A stretch of DNA of 64,000 nucleotides from Oligoflexia bacterium (GCA_023954355.1 JAMLID010000005.1:38092-102091), one strand, 5' to 3'; positions 20,346-30,053 are shown, counted from the stretch's first letter. The notes: generated by a model from the sequence alone, not told the origin. Numbers and translations are program-made.

Positions 20346-21425
20346 TCATCTTGCCTTTTGATCTTCAGGCAAATCTCTCCAACTCTTACCCTCTTTAGCA
20401 CCTGGGCTTAGTTGTGTTTTTTGCACAGCACTTGAATGATCTTTATAAGTTTTTGAAAAAATATGAGTTCCATCATTTTTCGAAACAAAATATAGATAAT
20501 CCGATTCTGCCGGATTCAATACGGCCAGCACAGCGTTTTTTCCCGGACTCGCAATTGGCCCAGGAGGTAATCCATAATTCGTATAAGTATTGTAGGGATT
20601 GTTTTCTTTTAAATCTTTGAATCGAATGTTTCCATCCCAACTACCCTGACTTACCCAACGCCCATAAATTACTGTAGGGTCTGTTTGTAATCGCATTCGT
20701 TTTACTAGACGATTTTCAAATACACTAGCAATCAGTGGGCGCTCAAATCCTGCACCGGTTTCTTTTTCTACAATACTAGCTAAAATCAATATCTCATAAG
20801 CTGTCATTGATTTTCCTACTGATATCGTAGCTGTTCGTAATTGACTCTGAAGGCTTGACCATACCTGCGTAAAGTGCCGAATAAAGAATCCTAAAATTTC
20901 TTCTTCTGTATGCACCTTTTGTAAATGATAGGTGTCCGGAAATAAAAACCCCTCTAGTGAACTGGGCTTGGTTGGTAATAAAAACTCTTGAGGGAGCTGC
21001 TCAATAAGCTGAGGGTCTCGAATCAGTCGCAAGTATTGCTCTTTTTTTCCAAAACCCTTGGACTCCAGAAGCTCTGCAATTTGAAAAATATTATATCCCT
21101 CGGGGATAGTAACTTTATATTCTAAGGGCTTACCGGTAGAGAGCACTCTAAAGAGCTCTGGTACAGACATTCCTTCGTATAAGCCAAACTCGCCTCTTTG
21201 AAGCTTGGCTCCCGGCCTTAGGTATCTGCCGTACCAGCGAAGCGCTCTCTCGCTATAAATGATCTTTTCGTCCTCGAGTTTTCTCGCAATAGAAGAATAG
21301 TTATCTCCCTTTTGAATAATAAAGACTTTTTCGGATCCTCTTTTTTGCCAATATCCCAGCTGGACACTTAAAAATAGGCCAAGAAGAGCGAAAAAAAAGA
21401 GTAGAAAAAAACCTTTTTTAAACAT
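20346..21425 (-). CDS. mltG: Endolytic murein transglycosylase MltG (YceG-like).
   Basis: N-terminal TM helix, then ..NPYNTYTNYGLPPGPIASPG..YLYFV, which is the MltG signature. Confidence 0.8.
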   Translation of the reverse strand: MFKKGFFLLFFFALLGLFLSVQLGYWQKRGSEKVFIIQKGDNYSSIARKLEDEKIIYSERALRWYGRYLRPGAKLQRGEFGLYEGMSVPELFRVLSTGKPLEYKVTIPEGYNIFQIAELLESKGFGKKEQYLRLIRDPQLIEQLPQEFLLPTKPSSLEGFLFPDTYHLQKVHTEEEILGFFIRHFTQVWSSLQSQLRTATISVGKSMTAYEILILASIVEKETGAGFERPLIASVFENRLVKRMRLQTDPTVIYGRWVSQGSWDGNIRFKDLKENNPYNTYTNYGLPPGPIASPGKNAVLAVLNPAESDYLYFVSKNDGTHIFSKTYKDHSSAVQKTQLSPGAKEGKSWRDLPEDQKAR

Positions 21426-21513
21426 TTTTCTCCTCCTTGAAAAAAACTAATGATTTTAAAAGGTTAATCCATGACTTTTCGCCTTTGCAAGCATTTCAGC
21501 ATGTAAAAGGATT

Positions 21514-21542
21514 TGACATAGCTAACGCGTAGTGTTAGTATA
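21514..21542 (+). promoter_or_regulatory. Sigma70 promoter: TTGACA, 17-nt spacer, TAGTAT, upstream of carD/cdnL.
   Basis: TTGACA at 21514-21519, a 17-nt spacer, and TAGTAT at 21537-21542. It is about 40 nt ahead of the ATG. Confidence 0.55.
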
Positions 21543-21583
21543 CAGCCGGTTCACAAATTACTATTTAAGGGAAATACGAGATA

Positions 21584-22081
21584 ATGGAAAATCTAACATT
21601 CAAAGTTGGAGACAGTGCTGTCTACCCATCTCACGGAGTGGGAATCATTCAAAGAATCGAAGAAAAAGTTATCTCAGGAAATAAAAAAAGTTTTTACGTT
21701 TTACAGGTTGTAGAAAATGGCATGACTATTATGGTGCCGACAGACAATACAGCTGGAGTTGGATTAAGAGCCCTTGTTTCTAAAGACGAAGTTGATGAAG
21801 TTTACGGTATTTTACGAAATAAGCGCGTGAAAATTGATAGAACCACTTGGAATAGACGCTACAGAGAATACATGGAAAAAATCAAAACCGGCTCTGTGCA
21901 CGAAATTGCTGAAGTTTTAAGAAACTTATACCTTTTAAAAAATTCTAAAGACCTTTCTTTTGGTGAAAAGAAAATGTTTGATACAGCTAAAAATCTTCTA
22001 GTTAAAGAAATCTCCATGTCAAATGACATTAGTGAAGCAGAAGTAGAAGAAGCTGTTACCAAAGCCCTTGGCAGTGCTTAA
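21584..22081 (+). CDS. carD: CarD/CdnL-family RNA-polymerase-binding transcription factor.
   Basis: FKVGDSAVYPSHGVGIIQRIEEK is the CarD_CdnL_TRCF N-terminal domain. 165 aa. Confidence 0.85.
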   Translation: MENLTFKVGDSAVYPSHGVGIIQRIEEKVISGNKKSFYVLQVVENGMTIMVPTDNTAGVGLRALVSKDEVDEVYGILRNKRVKIDRTTWNRRYREYMEKIKTGSVHEIAEVLRNLYLLKNSKDLSFGEKKMFDTAKNLLVKEISMSNDISEAEVEEAVTKALGSA

Positions 22082-22105
22082 AAAATACACTAAGCTCAAG
22101 GCCCT

Positions 22106-23599
22106 ATGACAAGCTTAGACATAAAATCCATACTTTCTAAAGAAGCAGGCCCACACCCAACAGAAACCAGAGTTCGATTTGCTCCTTCCCCTACAGGATA
22201 CTTGCATGTAGGTGGAGCACGCACTCATTTGTTTAATTGGCTTTATGCACGTAAAACAAAGGGCAAACTCATTCTTCGAGTAGAAGACACAGACCAAGTT
22301 CGTTCAACTCGTGAATCCGAAGAAATGGTTTTAAAGGATATCGCTTCGCTAGATCTTAATCCAGATGAAGGCCCTGGATTTGGTGGTGACTATGGTCCTT
22401 ATCGCCAATCAGAACGCCAAGAAATTTTTCAAATGTTAGCGGTCTCACTTCTTGCTAAGAAAAAGGCTTATCGTTGCTTTTGCACAGAAGAAGAGTTGGA
22501 TAGTAAAGCGAAAGCAGCAAAAGCAGCTAACAAGCCCCCTCATTATGACGGTACTTGCACCCATATTAGTGAAGAGCAAAGCCAAAAAAGAGCCGAAGCC
22601 GGTGAAAAGTTTTCTATACGAATGACCGCTCCTCAGAAAGACTATCATTTTGAAGATGCGCTAAGGGGCACAGTCACTTTTAAACCTGGCATGGTTGGTG
22701 ACTTCGTAGTGCTTCGCTCTAATGGAATGCCTGTATACAACTTCTCTGTCGTTGTGGATGACTATTTCATGCGCATCACTCATGTTATTCGAGGCGATGA
22801 TCATCTTTCGAATATGATTAGGCAATTAATGATCACCGAAGCTTTTGGTTGGAAAATACCTAAATTCGCCCATATCTCAATGATTCTTGGGATGGATAAA
22901 AAGAAGCTTTCTAAACGAGAAGGGGCTTCTTCTGTTCATGACTATCTAAATGCAGGCTTTCTTCCAGAAGCACTGATCAATTTCCTAGCACTACTGGGCT
23001 GGTCTCCTTCAGACGGCAAAGAAATTCGCCCTTTAGATGAAATTGTAAACGACTTTGATCTGGAGAGATTAAATAAATCTCCAGCAGTATTTGATGATGA
23101 AAAGCTCCTTTGGATGAATGGTGAATATATTCGAGCCATGAGTACAGAAGACTTACTGCCTAGAGTGCTGCCTTTCTTAGAAAAGTCGGGCTATAACGTA
23201 GCTACTAAGCCAAAAGAATGGTTACTAAAAGTACTTGCTGCCGTCCAAGGCAATTTAAAAGTACTTGCCGATATCAATGCCCATGTAGACATTTTTTTCG
23301 ATACGAAATTTACTTTCGAGCAAGACGCTAAAACCATGATGCAAGCAAGTGAAGCAAAAAAAGTAGTCCAAGTTTTTCGCCAAGAAATTGAAAAAATTGG
23401 TGAAATCCAATCAGAGTCTGATCTGCAAAAAGTACAAACTGCTGTGAAAGAACAAACAGGCACAAAAGGGAAGAACCTATTCATGCCTATGAGAGCAGCT
23501 GTTACTGGAAAGCTTCACGGACCAGAGCTTAAATTCGTTATGCCACTTATTGGACAAAAAGAAACACTTCGAAGAATCGATCTTTCGTTAGATTTATAA
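22106..23599 (+). CDS. gltX: Glutamate--tRNA ligase.
   Basis: RVRFAPSPTGYLHVGGARTHLFNW (HIGH region), and KLSKRE for KMSKS. Confidence 0.9.
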   Translation: MTSLDIKSILSKEAGPHPTETRVRFAPSPTGYLHVGGARTHLFNWLYARKTKGKLILRVEDTDQVRSTRESEEMVLKDIASLDLNPDEGPGFGGDYGPYRQSERQEIFQMLAVSLLAKKKAYRCFCTEEELDSKAKAAKAANKPPHYDGTCTHISEEQSQKRAEAGEKFSIRMTAPQKDYHFEDALRGTVTFKPGMVGDFVVLRSNGMPVYNFSVVVDDYFMRITHVIRGDDHLSNMIRQLMITEAFGWKIPKFAHISMILGMDKKKLSKREGASSVHDYLNAGFLPEALINFLALLGWSPSDGKEIRPLDEIVNDFDLERLNKSPAVFDDEKLLWMNGEYIRAMSTEDLLPRVLPFLEKSGYNVATKPKEWLLKVLAAVQGNLKVLADINAHVDIFFDTKFTFEQDAKTMMQASEAKKVVQVFRQEIEKIGEIQSESDLQKVQTAVKEQTGTKGKNLFMPMRAAVTGKLHGPELKFVMPLIGQKETLRRIDLSLDL

Positions 23600-23678
23600 C
23601 TTTGATAGCGCGTCCCTCTTGTATTTTATGCGAAAGCGAGTATTGTGCCGGCAAACCAAAACCCGGAGGATATTCGCG

Positions 23679-24158
23679 ATGATGAAATTAGCTGTATTAC
23701 TAGCTACCCTTATTAGTGCAAACGCTATGGCAACCCCAAAAGTAGGTGACTACGCAAAGTTTGATGCTGTTGCTCAAAAAGATGGTCAATCTATGGGCCT
23801 TACTATCGAACTAGCAATCACAAACTACAACCAAAGCAACAACCAATACCTTCAAAAACAAGTGATCACCATTTCTGGTGGGCAGTCACAAGTTAGCGAA
23901 GACTGGAAGCCTGCTGATGATTTCTTATCAGATGCAACCATTAACGCTGTTCTAAATAACTGTGCCCAAGCTGGTGGTACATTACAAACAGTTCAGTCTC
24001 CTGCTGGTTTATTCAATGCTTGCGCTGTTCCTTTTGACAACCAAGAAGAAAGAGGTACCGCATGGATTACCGCTGTTCCTTTTGGAATCGTAAAAATGGA
24101 AAGCTATAGCAAAACCGAAGGCCTAACCATTACTTCAGTACTTTCTAGCTATCGCTAA
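23679..24158 (+). CDS. Hypothetical secreted protein.
   Basis: A GGAGGA RBS 8 nt before the ATG. Signal peptide MMKLAVLLATLISANAMA. Confidence 0.55.
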   Translation: MMKLAVLLATLISANAMATPKVGDYAKFDAVAQKDGQSMGLTIELAITNYNQSNNQYLQKQVITISGGQSQVSEDWKPADDFLSDATINAVLNNCAQAGGTLQTVQSPAGLFNACAVPFDNQEERGTAWITAVPFGIVKMESYSKTEGLTITSVLSSYR

Positions 24159-24182
24159 TCGCTATCATAGCTAAAACAAGAA

Positions 24183-24216
24183 AACCCCTGAGAATTTAAA
24201 TTCTTAGGGGTTTTTC
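24183..24216 (+). terminator. Rho-independent terminator.
   Basis: AAACCCCTGAGAAT, ttaa, ATTCTTAGGGGTTT, then a T-run. Confidence 0.65.
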
Positions 24217-24340
24217 TTTGTTTGCCCCACAGCACAGCTCGTGCGCTAATTCTTGCGATCTTGCTCCAACACAGCACCTTCTTCTCGATCACTCGACTCA
24301 TTTTGACGTAAAACAAAAAGAGACAGAAAGAGAGGCAAAT

Positions 24341-25048
24341 ATGAAAAAGCTTATCCTTATTTTTTTAGTGGTTGCATCCGTTGGTTGTGCTTCCAAAAAA
24401 GTAAAACCAATAGATGAAACTTTAGACATTAAAGCAACTATGGGCAATACCGAAATCGGTATGAACGATAATGAAGAAGCGATTATACAAGAAAGTATTG
24501 CTGTTGAAGATGAACTTCGTCGCTTGAGCTGGCAAAATTACGAAACAGAAAGAAAGTTAAAAGCTGAGCGTGAAGATCTCATCCACTGTAGAACAGAGCT
24601 AGCCGATCCAAGACTTGGCGGAAACAAAACATTAGAAGATATTCCAGAGTTACAAATCAGCGAAGACTTAAGCAAAGTTCAACAGAAGCTAGGAATCACT
24701 CAAAAAGGGCGAATAAAAGTGGTCAAAAAAGAATTTTTGACCGACAGAATGGAAAAAGAAACTCGCTATAAAGAATCCCTAGAAAACTTGCTAACTGTGA
24801 TTGAAAAGTCAGCCAAAAACTGTAATCGAGAGTTAGGTTATATTCGAGTACAACACGGGCTACCTTCAGAGCGATTTCCAGCTATTGGATACTTTGGACC
24901 TCAGGGAAACTTTATTGTCACCAGAGCGTCTGAAAAAACACTAGACGATGCCTTTCGCATTCTGGCAGAGCAAACAAGAAAAGGTAAAAAACTAGAGGTA
25001 AAAGAGAAAATTGCATCCCCTCTACCTGAAGAAGAAATAGATAATTAA
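24341..25048 (+). CDS. Hypothetical lipoprotein with a coiled-coil region.
   Basis: MKKLILIFLVVASVGCASKK lipobox, with an AGAGAGG RBS. No known domain. Confidence 0.6.
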   Translation: MKKLILIFLVVASVGCASKKVKPIDETLDIKATMGNTEIGMNDNEEAIIQESIAVEDELRRLSWQNYETERKLKAEREDLIHCRTELADPRLGGNKTLEDIPELQISEDLSKVQQKLGITQKGRIKVVKKEFLTDRMEKETRYKESLENLLTVIEKSAKNCNRELGYIRVQHGLPSERFPAIGYFGPQGNFIVTRASEKTLDDAFRILAEQTRKGKKLEVKEKIASPLPEEEIDN

Positions 25049-25057
25049 GCCATTTTT

Positions 25058-25099
25058 AGCAAAGAGAAAGCTGATTACACTTTCTCTTTGCTATTTTCT
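25058..25099 (+). terminator. Rho-independent terminator (perfect 13-bp stem).
   Basis: AGCAAAGAGAAAG, a 9-nt loop, CTTTCTCTTTGCT, then ATTTTCT. Confidence 0.65.
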
Positions 25100-25116
25100 A
25101 AGATACGGTGCGCGCT

Positions 25117-25590
25117 ATGAAAATAGCGATTCGTAAAATCTCAAAAGACGAGTATTTAGCTTGGAAAAAATCCTCTGTAGAAAATTATGCAAAAGAAAAA
25201 ATGAATGGCGAGGGATACTCTGAAGAAGACGCCAAAGAGTTAGCAGAAAATTCATTCAAGAGACTTTTACCTGAAGAAGAAAATACCCAGAATCAATATC
25301 TTTATTCCATTATAGAAATCAAAACAAAGGCCGTAGTGGGAACCCTCTGGTGGGGATTCCAAAACCTTGGGAAAGAAAAACTCCCCTGGGTGTATGATAT
25401 AGTTTTAAACCCAGAGTTTAGGTCAAAAGGCTATGGTAAAATGACCATGCTTCTCTTAGAAGAAGACGTAAAAAAAGCGGGCTTTCAAAAAATTGGACTA
25501 CATGTATTTGGACACAATCAAGTAGCCCGATCTCTATATGAGTCTTTAGGCTATCATGTTACCAATTTGACCATGCAGAAATCCTTGTAG
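25117..25590 (+). CDS. GNAT-family N-acetyltransferase.
   Basis: GYGKMTMLLLEEDVKKAGFQKIGLHV..N..A..LY..LGY is the acetyl-CoA-binding motif region. Confidence 0.7.
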   Translation: MKIAIRKISKDEYLAWKKSSVENYAKEKMNGEGYSEEDAKELAENSFKRLLPEEENTQNQYLYSIIEIKTKAVVGTLWWGFQNLGKEKLPWVYDIVLNPEFRSKGYGKMTMLLLEEDVKKAGFQKIGLHVFGHNQVARSLYESLGYHVTNLTMQKSL

Positions 25591-25594
25591 CTCT

Positions 25595-26620
25595 CTAAAC
25601 TAATACTCCAACAGATTGTCTATCTTCTATTAAAAGATTTCCAAAATAACAATTGGTAAGTGAGAACGAAACACCCGCGCCTAATTCTACGGGCTCAGAT
25701 TTTTGCAATGAATTGAGTTTTTGAAAATAGTGATAGAGATCATCATTACTATCAATTAACCTCTCTACTTTTCCTAAAAGCATACTGGTTACTAATCTAG
25801 GCAACTTCATTACTTTATTGAGACGCATTCCTTTTTCAAACCAGGTCAGTGACGACAAGCCCAAAAACAGAGACCAAGCACAAAAAAGTCTATACCCTCT
25901 TTCTGCCACAGGAATCGATAGAATATATCTAATAGCTCCATCAGCATGGGTAGCTAAGCTTGTGAGAACAGCCTTACGAGAAGGAACCAAGTAGCGACCT
26001 TCTTGCTCATCTTTTAACTGATCTTTTAAAATATTTACCTTTTGCAGAAAAAGACCAAAGTGTAAGGCATTTCGATAATCTTCTCTAGATTCGGTTTTTG
26101 CTCCTTTTAAGTGAAGATTCAATAAATTTGTCAAAAGCTCGCCTATGATCCCAGCAACGAAGAAGCAATACTGATTTAACTCTGCTATAGAGTGTAAGCG
26201 AAATATTTTTCCTTCAGATTTTTCTTTTAAAAAAGCTCTCATACCTCGCGACATGCTAAGTACGGTTGATTTAATCGTTGTTTGTACTTCTAGCGGAAAC
26301 TGGTGAAATGCATCGAAGACAGCTTTGCTATCTAGCAATAAATCTTTCTCTTCTGCTGGTATATTATCCGGGAACTGTTTAGCCCACTTCGTAACATACG
26401 GTGAATCAGGTGAACGATGTAAAAAATCCTCAAAGTCAGTAAAGGCAGCTTCTCTTAATACGCTTGATTGCCATGGACTATCTTCAACTGTATCTAAAAC
26501 TCGGCAAAGCAAATACGATACCGTGACCCAATCACGAAGCTCACCCTCTAATCGTTCGATGCAAAAAGCAAACGATCGACTCACACGATTTAAGTGGTTC
26601 TGCATTCTAGCTCTGTCCAT
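25595..26620 (-). CDS. Squalene synthase (farnesyl-diphosphate farnesyltransferase, eukaryote/FDFT1-like single-enzyme type).
   Basis: NRVSRSFAFCIERLEGELRDWVTVSYLLCRVLDTVED, YCFFVAGIIGELLTNL and GLFLQKVNILKDQLKDEQEGR track the SQS signature blocks. Confidence 0.75.
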   Translation of the reverse strand: MDRARMQNHLNRVSRSFAFCIERLEGELRDWVTVSYLLCRVLDTVEDSPWQSSVLREAAFTDFEDFLHRSPDSPYVTKWAKQFPDNIPAEEKDLLLDSKAVFDAFHQFPLEVQTTIKSTVLSMSRGMRAFLKEKSEGKIFRLHSIAELNQYCFFVAGIIGELLTNLLNLHLKGAKTESREDYRNALHFGLFLQKVNILKDQLKDEQEGRYLVPSRKAVLTSLATHADGAIRYILSIPVAERGYRLFCAWSLFLGLSSLTWFEKGMRLNKVMKLPRLVTSMLLGKVERLIDSNDDLYHYFQKLNSLQKSEPVELGAGVSFSLTNCYFGNLLIEDRQSVGVLV

Positions 26621-26693
26621 GGCGGTATCCTAACCTAGGCAAGAGGGAAATACATGGAAAAAACTTAGGTTAAATCGTAATCTAAAAATATCC

Positions 26694-27632
26694 ATGAAAA
26701 TTGAACAAAAAATACCCGTCAATATTCATTATTTACTCGTAAATGAAGCCTGCCCCGCTGATTTGTTTATTTTTTTCCGAGGGCAATATGCTCCTCTACG
26801 AAAAGCTCAAGAAGCATTAGAGCCAAAAATTATTGAGAAAATTCTTCTTACTAAATCACCTTTTTTCTATGTGAATCCAAGCGACTGGCCACAATGGAAA
26901 AAATGGATTGACGCTAGATATAAAAAAAACACAAGTAGCTCTTCAGATACTGCATCTAAAAAAAACACAGAAGAAGACTCTCTTTTTGGAAATAAACGAG
27001 CAGAGTTTCTAAGTTACGCAAGAAAAACTCTTCACCCTAGAGACTCTTCTTCCTCTCGAACAGAACAGCAAATGGACCATGCACTAAATGCGATTGAAAA
27101 AGTTATTCGAACACCTTTATTGGATTGGTATTTTAATCAATTTCACGAACCACCTGATTTATTTCAACATAATGCTAGGGTTACATTTGGTGTTGCAACC
27201 TTTTGCCTTATAAACAGTATCAAAACTGATTACGCTCTTGAAGAACTCATCCACTCTTGCATCATCCATGAGCTTGAGGGAGATCCAAAAGAAACCTCTA
27301 AAAAAGTCGCTTCACAAACGACCCTTCAGATTATGGAAAAAAAGAAATACTCTGTGCCAAAAAAGGTTTTAGACCTGATCAAAATTCAAGATGAACTCTA
27401 TTCAGGAAAAGGATCACCGAAAAACTTAAAAGGAGAAGATGTACCGTATGCTATTCGTATATTTTCTTTATTTAACCTTTTTGACCATTACAGAGTTAAT
27501 ACATCCGGCACAAGAAGATCGCGCTTTGACAGAGTTAAAAAAAGCATGGAATCTCGCAAGGATGATTTCGACCCTGTGCTATGGACACTTTTCTGGTCTT
27601 ACTGGGAAGAACAAGTGGAAGGAATCTCATGA
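26694..27632 (+). CDS. Degenerate HD-GYP-like domain protein (HD changed to HE, GYP to GSP), likely non-catalytic.
   Basis: HNARVTFGVATF..CIIHELEG....YSGKGSPKNLKGEDVPYAIRIFSLFNLFDHY aligns to the HD-GYP core (H..RVA...HD.GK...WDGSGYP.GLKGE.IP..ARI..VADVFDAL) with the metal-binding residues substituted. The N-terminal half is Ser/Lys-rich and low-complexity. Confidence 0.55.
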   Translation: MKIEQKIPVNIHYLLVNEACPADLFIFFRGQYAPLRKAQEALEPKIIEKILLTKSPFFYVNPSDWPQWKKWIDARYKKNTSSSSDTASKKNTEEDSLFGNKRAEFLSYARKTLHPRDSSSSRTEQQMDHALNAIEKVIRTPLLDWYFNQFHEPPDLFQHNARVTFGVATFCLINSIKTDYALEELIHSCIIHELEGDPKETSKKVASQTTLQIMEKKKYSVPKKVLDLIKIQDELYSGKGSPKNLKGEDVPYAIRIFSLFNLFDHYRVNTSGTRRSRFDRVKKSMESRKDDFDPVLWTLFWSYWEEQVEGIS

Positions 27633-29077
27633 GTCAAGAACTAAAAATAGACTTTTTCCAAACAACTCAACATATATCTCCAGCAATTTTTTCAACACTA
27701 GAAAAATTCTCTCACAAGCTTTTGGATCCATTCTCTAAAGTAATCAGTGAGCAAAAATCTTCATCTTCAGCTGTTTTTGTGAGAAAAGAAATCACAATAG
27801 AAAATCAAATTGTAGCTGTATTAGAATGTGAAGCAACTAATTTAGATTGGCTTCTTAACGTAATTAAACTCGACCTAGAAAAAAATATTGAACTAGCAAA
27901 AATCTCTGTAGAAAGAGAATCTGAATTAATTTTAAAAAAAGATATTTCTTATCTGTCTGAGATCTCAGAATCATCTGATAATAATTTAGAAAACTGCCTA
28001 CGTGAAATCTTAAGATTAGCGCAATCACATGTTTGGGTCGAGTCAGCGTCTATATTCGGTATACGTGATGGTTATACACTAGAAGGACTAATGGGAGTTG
28101 GTGGTGGAAAAAATCAACCTGAGTGGACTATGGATATGTCTACTATAGCAGGAAAAACCGCTGCAGAAAGAAAGCTATATCTATCTGAAAATCCAGCAAA
28201 AGATCCTTTCTTTAAAACTAAAGAAAATTCCGTTTTACCAAGAAACTTATTATGCATACCCCTTATTTTTTCAGATACTCTTGTAGGGGTTATCAATTTT
28301 TCAAACTCTATAGGTAGTCATTTCACTGAAGAAAAGATTACTATTGCAAAAAAGTTCGCTGACCTTACTGCAAGAATTTTAGAAAGAATTTTTTTAAAGC
28401 AAAGAATGCAATCGTTTGAAAAAACATCAGGCAATTTGGGCAAATATCTTTCGAATAAAGTTGCACGCTCAATGTCTGAAAAAGACTCTCTGGCTCTTGG
28501 AGGTGCAGAAAAACGAGTTGTTTGTTTATTTTCTGATATTAGAAACTACACTTCAATTTCAGAGGATATTTCTCCTCAAGACTTAGTCAGTTTACTTAAT
28601 TTTTATTTTGAGCGTATGCACGAGGTCATAGAAAAATACGAAGGTACGCTAGATAAAATTGTCGGTGATCTTGTTATGGCTGTTTGGAATATTCCCTACG
28701 ACCAGCCAGACCCAGAACTCATGGCGATGAAAGCAGCCTTAGAGATGCAAAAAGAAATGATGAAGTCGGTTCGACCAGAATGGGCCAAACGTGGCGTAGA
28801 AAAAGTAGGTATTGGTATTGGAGTAAACGCAGGGCAGGCTATTGTAGGTAACCTTGGATCAAGTCGATTTATGAATTATACCGTTGTTGGTGATACCGTA
28901 AACACAGCACAGCGACTTGAGTCGAAGGCTCGCTCTGGCGAAATATGGATGGCAGAATCTATTTTTTCTTTTGTAAATGGAAAAATTGAAAAACCCTTGC
29001 GTAAGGAAGTCGACATCCGACTCAAAGGCAAAGACCAAAGCATTAATGCCTTTGTTTACCAGCCTTACTCCTATTAA
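27629..29077 (+). CDS. GAF-domain class III nucleotidyl (adenylate/guanylate) cyclase.
   Basis: GAF signature (LCIPLIFSDTLVGVINFSN). CHD motifs VVCLFSDIRNYTSISE, VGDLVMAVWN, GIGVNAGQAIVGNLGS and VVGDTVNTAQRLES. It overlaps the upstream gene with ATGA. Confidence 0.8.
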   Translation: MSQELKIDFFQTTQHISPAIFSTLEKFSHKLLDPFSKVISEQKSSSSAVFVRKEITIENQIVAVLECEATNLDWLLNVIKLDLEKNIELAKISVERESELILKKDISYLSEISESSDNNLENCLREILRLAQSHVWVESASIFGIRDGYTLEGLMGVGGGKNQPEWTMDMSTIAGKTAAERKLYLSENPAKDPFFKTKENSVLPRNLLCIPLIFSDTLVGVINFSNSIGSHFTEEKITIAKKFADLTARILERIFLKQRMQSFEKTSGNLGKYLSNKVARSMSEKDSLALGGAEKRVVCLFSDIRNYTSISEDISPQDLVSLLNFYFERMHEVIEKYEGTLDKIVGDLVMAVWNIPYDQPDPELMAMKAALEMQKEMMKSVRPEWAKRGVEKVGIGIGVNAGQAIVGNLGSSRFMNYTVVGDTVNTAQRLESKARSGEIWMAESIFSFVNGKIEKPLRKEVDIRLKGKDQSINAFVYQPYSY

Positions 29078-29157
29078 TTCTTGACGGTTTTACTTTAAAA
29101 CAAAAGCTCCAATGACAAAAATCTGCTTTTTTGTATACAGTACCTAATTTCAGCGAA

Positions 29158-29186
29158 TTGACAGAGCTCTACAAACTAGCTATGAA
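29158..29186 (+). promoter_or_regulatory. Sigma70-like promoter: TTGACA, 17-nt spacer, TATGAA.
   Basis: TTGACA at 29158-29163 and TATGAA at 29181-29186, about 25 nt ahead of the ATG at 29213. Confidence 0.45.
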
Positions 29187-29212
29187 ATGAACAAACAATA
29201 AAGGAGAAACCC

Positions 29213-29992
29213 ATGAAAAAAATCGCCTTACTACCTATTGCGCTTTTAACCGTAGCCGTGACAGCTTTTGCTTCGAACGCCATTGAGCAGCTCAACCAAG
29301 AAATCGTGAATTTGCTTGCCCCTTTTCAAAATGAAAAGACACAAGCAAGACTGGTTTTCAATAAAATTGAAACTAGCGACAAGCACGCTTTAAATCTTGA
29401 CTTAAACGCCTACTACCAAAAAGTAGGTAGCTTAACCTCACTACTCGTGAATCTTGATAAAATTTCTTACTCCTATAACGACGGAGTCAATCCAACCACT
29501 CACGTGAGAGGTAATCTTGGAATCGAGTTGAATAAGCTAGTTCCTCAAGAAGATTTGAATGAATTAATTCCTGGTGTAGAAGATTTATTACAAAGCTTAG
29601 CTAAAGAATATTTAGAAGTTTATGGCGATGCTGTTGATCTCTCTTTTGTTAACATAAACAAAATCCAAGATGAAAATGGAAATTATGTAAGTATCAGTGG
29701 AGACATTGTATTTTCTATAGATTTTACAAAGCTCCCTGAAGAAATCGACGCTAGTGAAATTCCTGTAAAGGCAGGTAACATTTCAGTTGGTCTAGATGTA
29801 CGACAAGGCTTGAACTTTGATGTATTGGTTGAGAGCAATCCAAGCTACAAAGGCTACGAAGAAGACAATCTGGGGCTTAAAGAAATTCTTGATCTATTGT
29901 TAAACAAAGATGAAGCGATTTTAGAGCAAATACAGTCTCTATTCAGTGAAATTGATCATTTTGCAGGAAACCTTGTAGAAGGTCAGCTCTAA
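29213..29992 (+). CDS. Hypothetical secreted protein, 259 aa.
   Basis: AAAGGAGAAA RBS. Signal peptide MKKIALLPIALLTVAVTAFA. No known domain. Confidence 0.6.
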   Translation: MKKIALLPIALLTVAVTAFASNAIEQLNQEIVNLLAPFQNEKTQARLVFNKIETSDKHALNLDLNAYYQKVGSLTSLLVNLDKISYSYNDGVNPTTHVRGNLGIELNKLVPQEDLNELIPGVEDLLQSLAKEYLEVYGDAVDLSFVNINKIQDENGNYVSISGDIVFSIDFTKLPEEIDASEIPVKAGNISVGLDVRQGLNFDVLVESNPSYKGYEEDNLGLKEILDLLLNKDEAILEQIQSLFSEIDHFAGNLVEGQL

Positions 29993-30016
29993 TTAAAATT
30001 CACGCTACTTTATATA

Positions 30017-30053
30017 AACCGGTAACAAAATAAAATTGTTACCGGTTTTTTCT
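30017..30053 (+). terminator. Rho-independent terminator.
   Basis: AACCGGTAACAA, aataaaa, TTGTTACCGGTT, then TTTTTC. Confidence 0.75.

Noticed and set aside
26325-26633. 102-aa + ORF.
   Set aside because: Antisense inside the squalene synthase gene.
29078-29135. Weak hairpin AAAAGC...GCTTTTTT after the cyclase gene.
   Set aside because: Only a 6-bp A/T-rich stem with a 17-nt loop. That is too weak to call a terminator.
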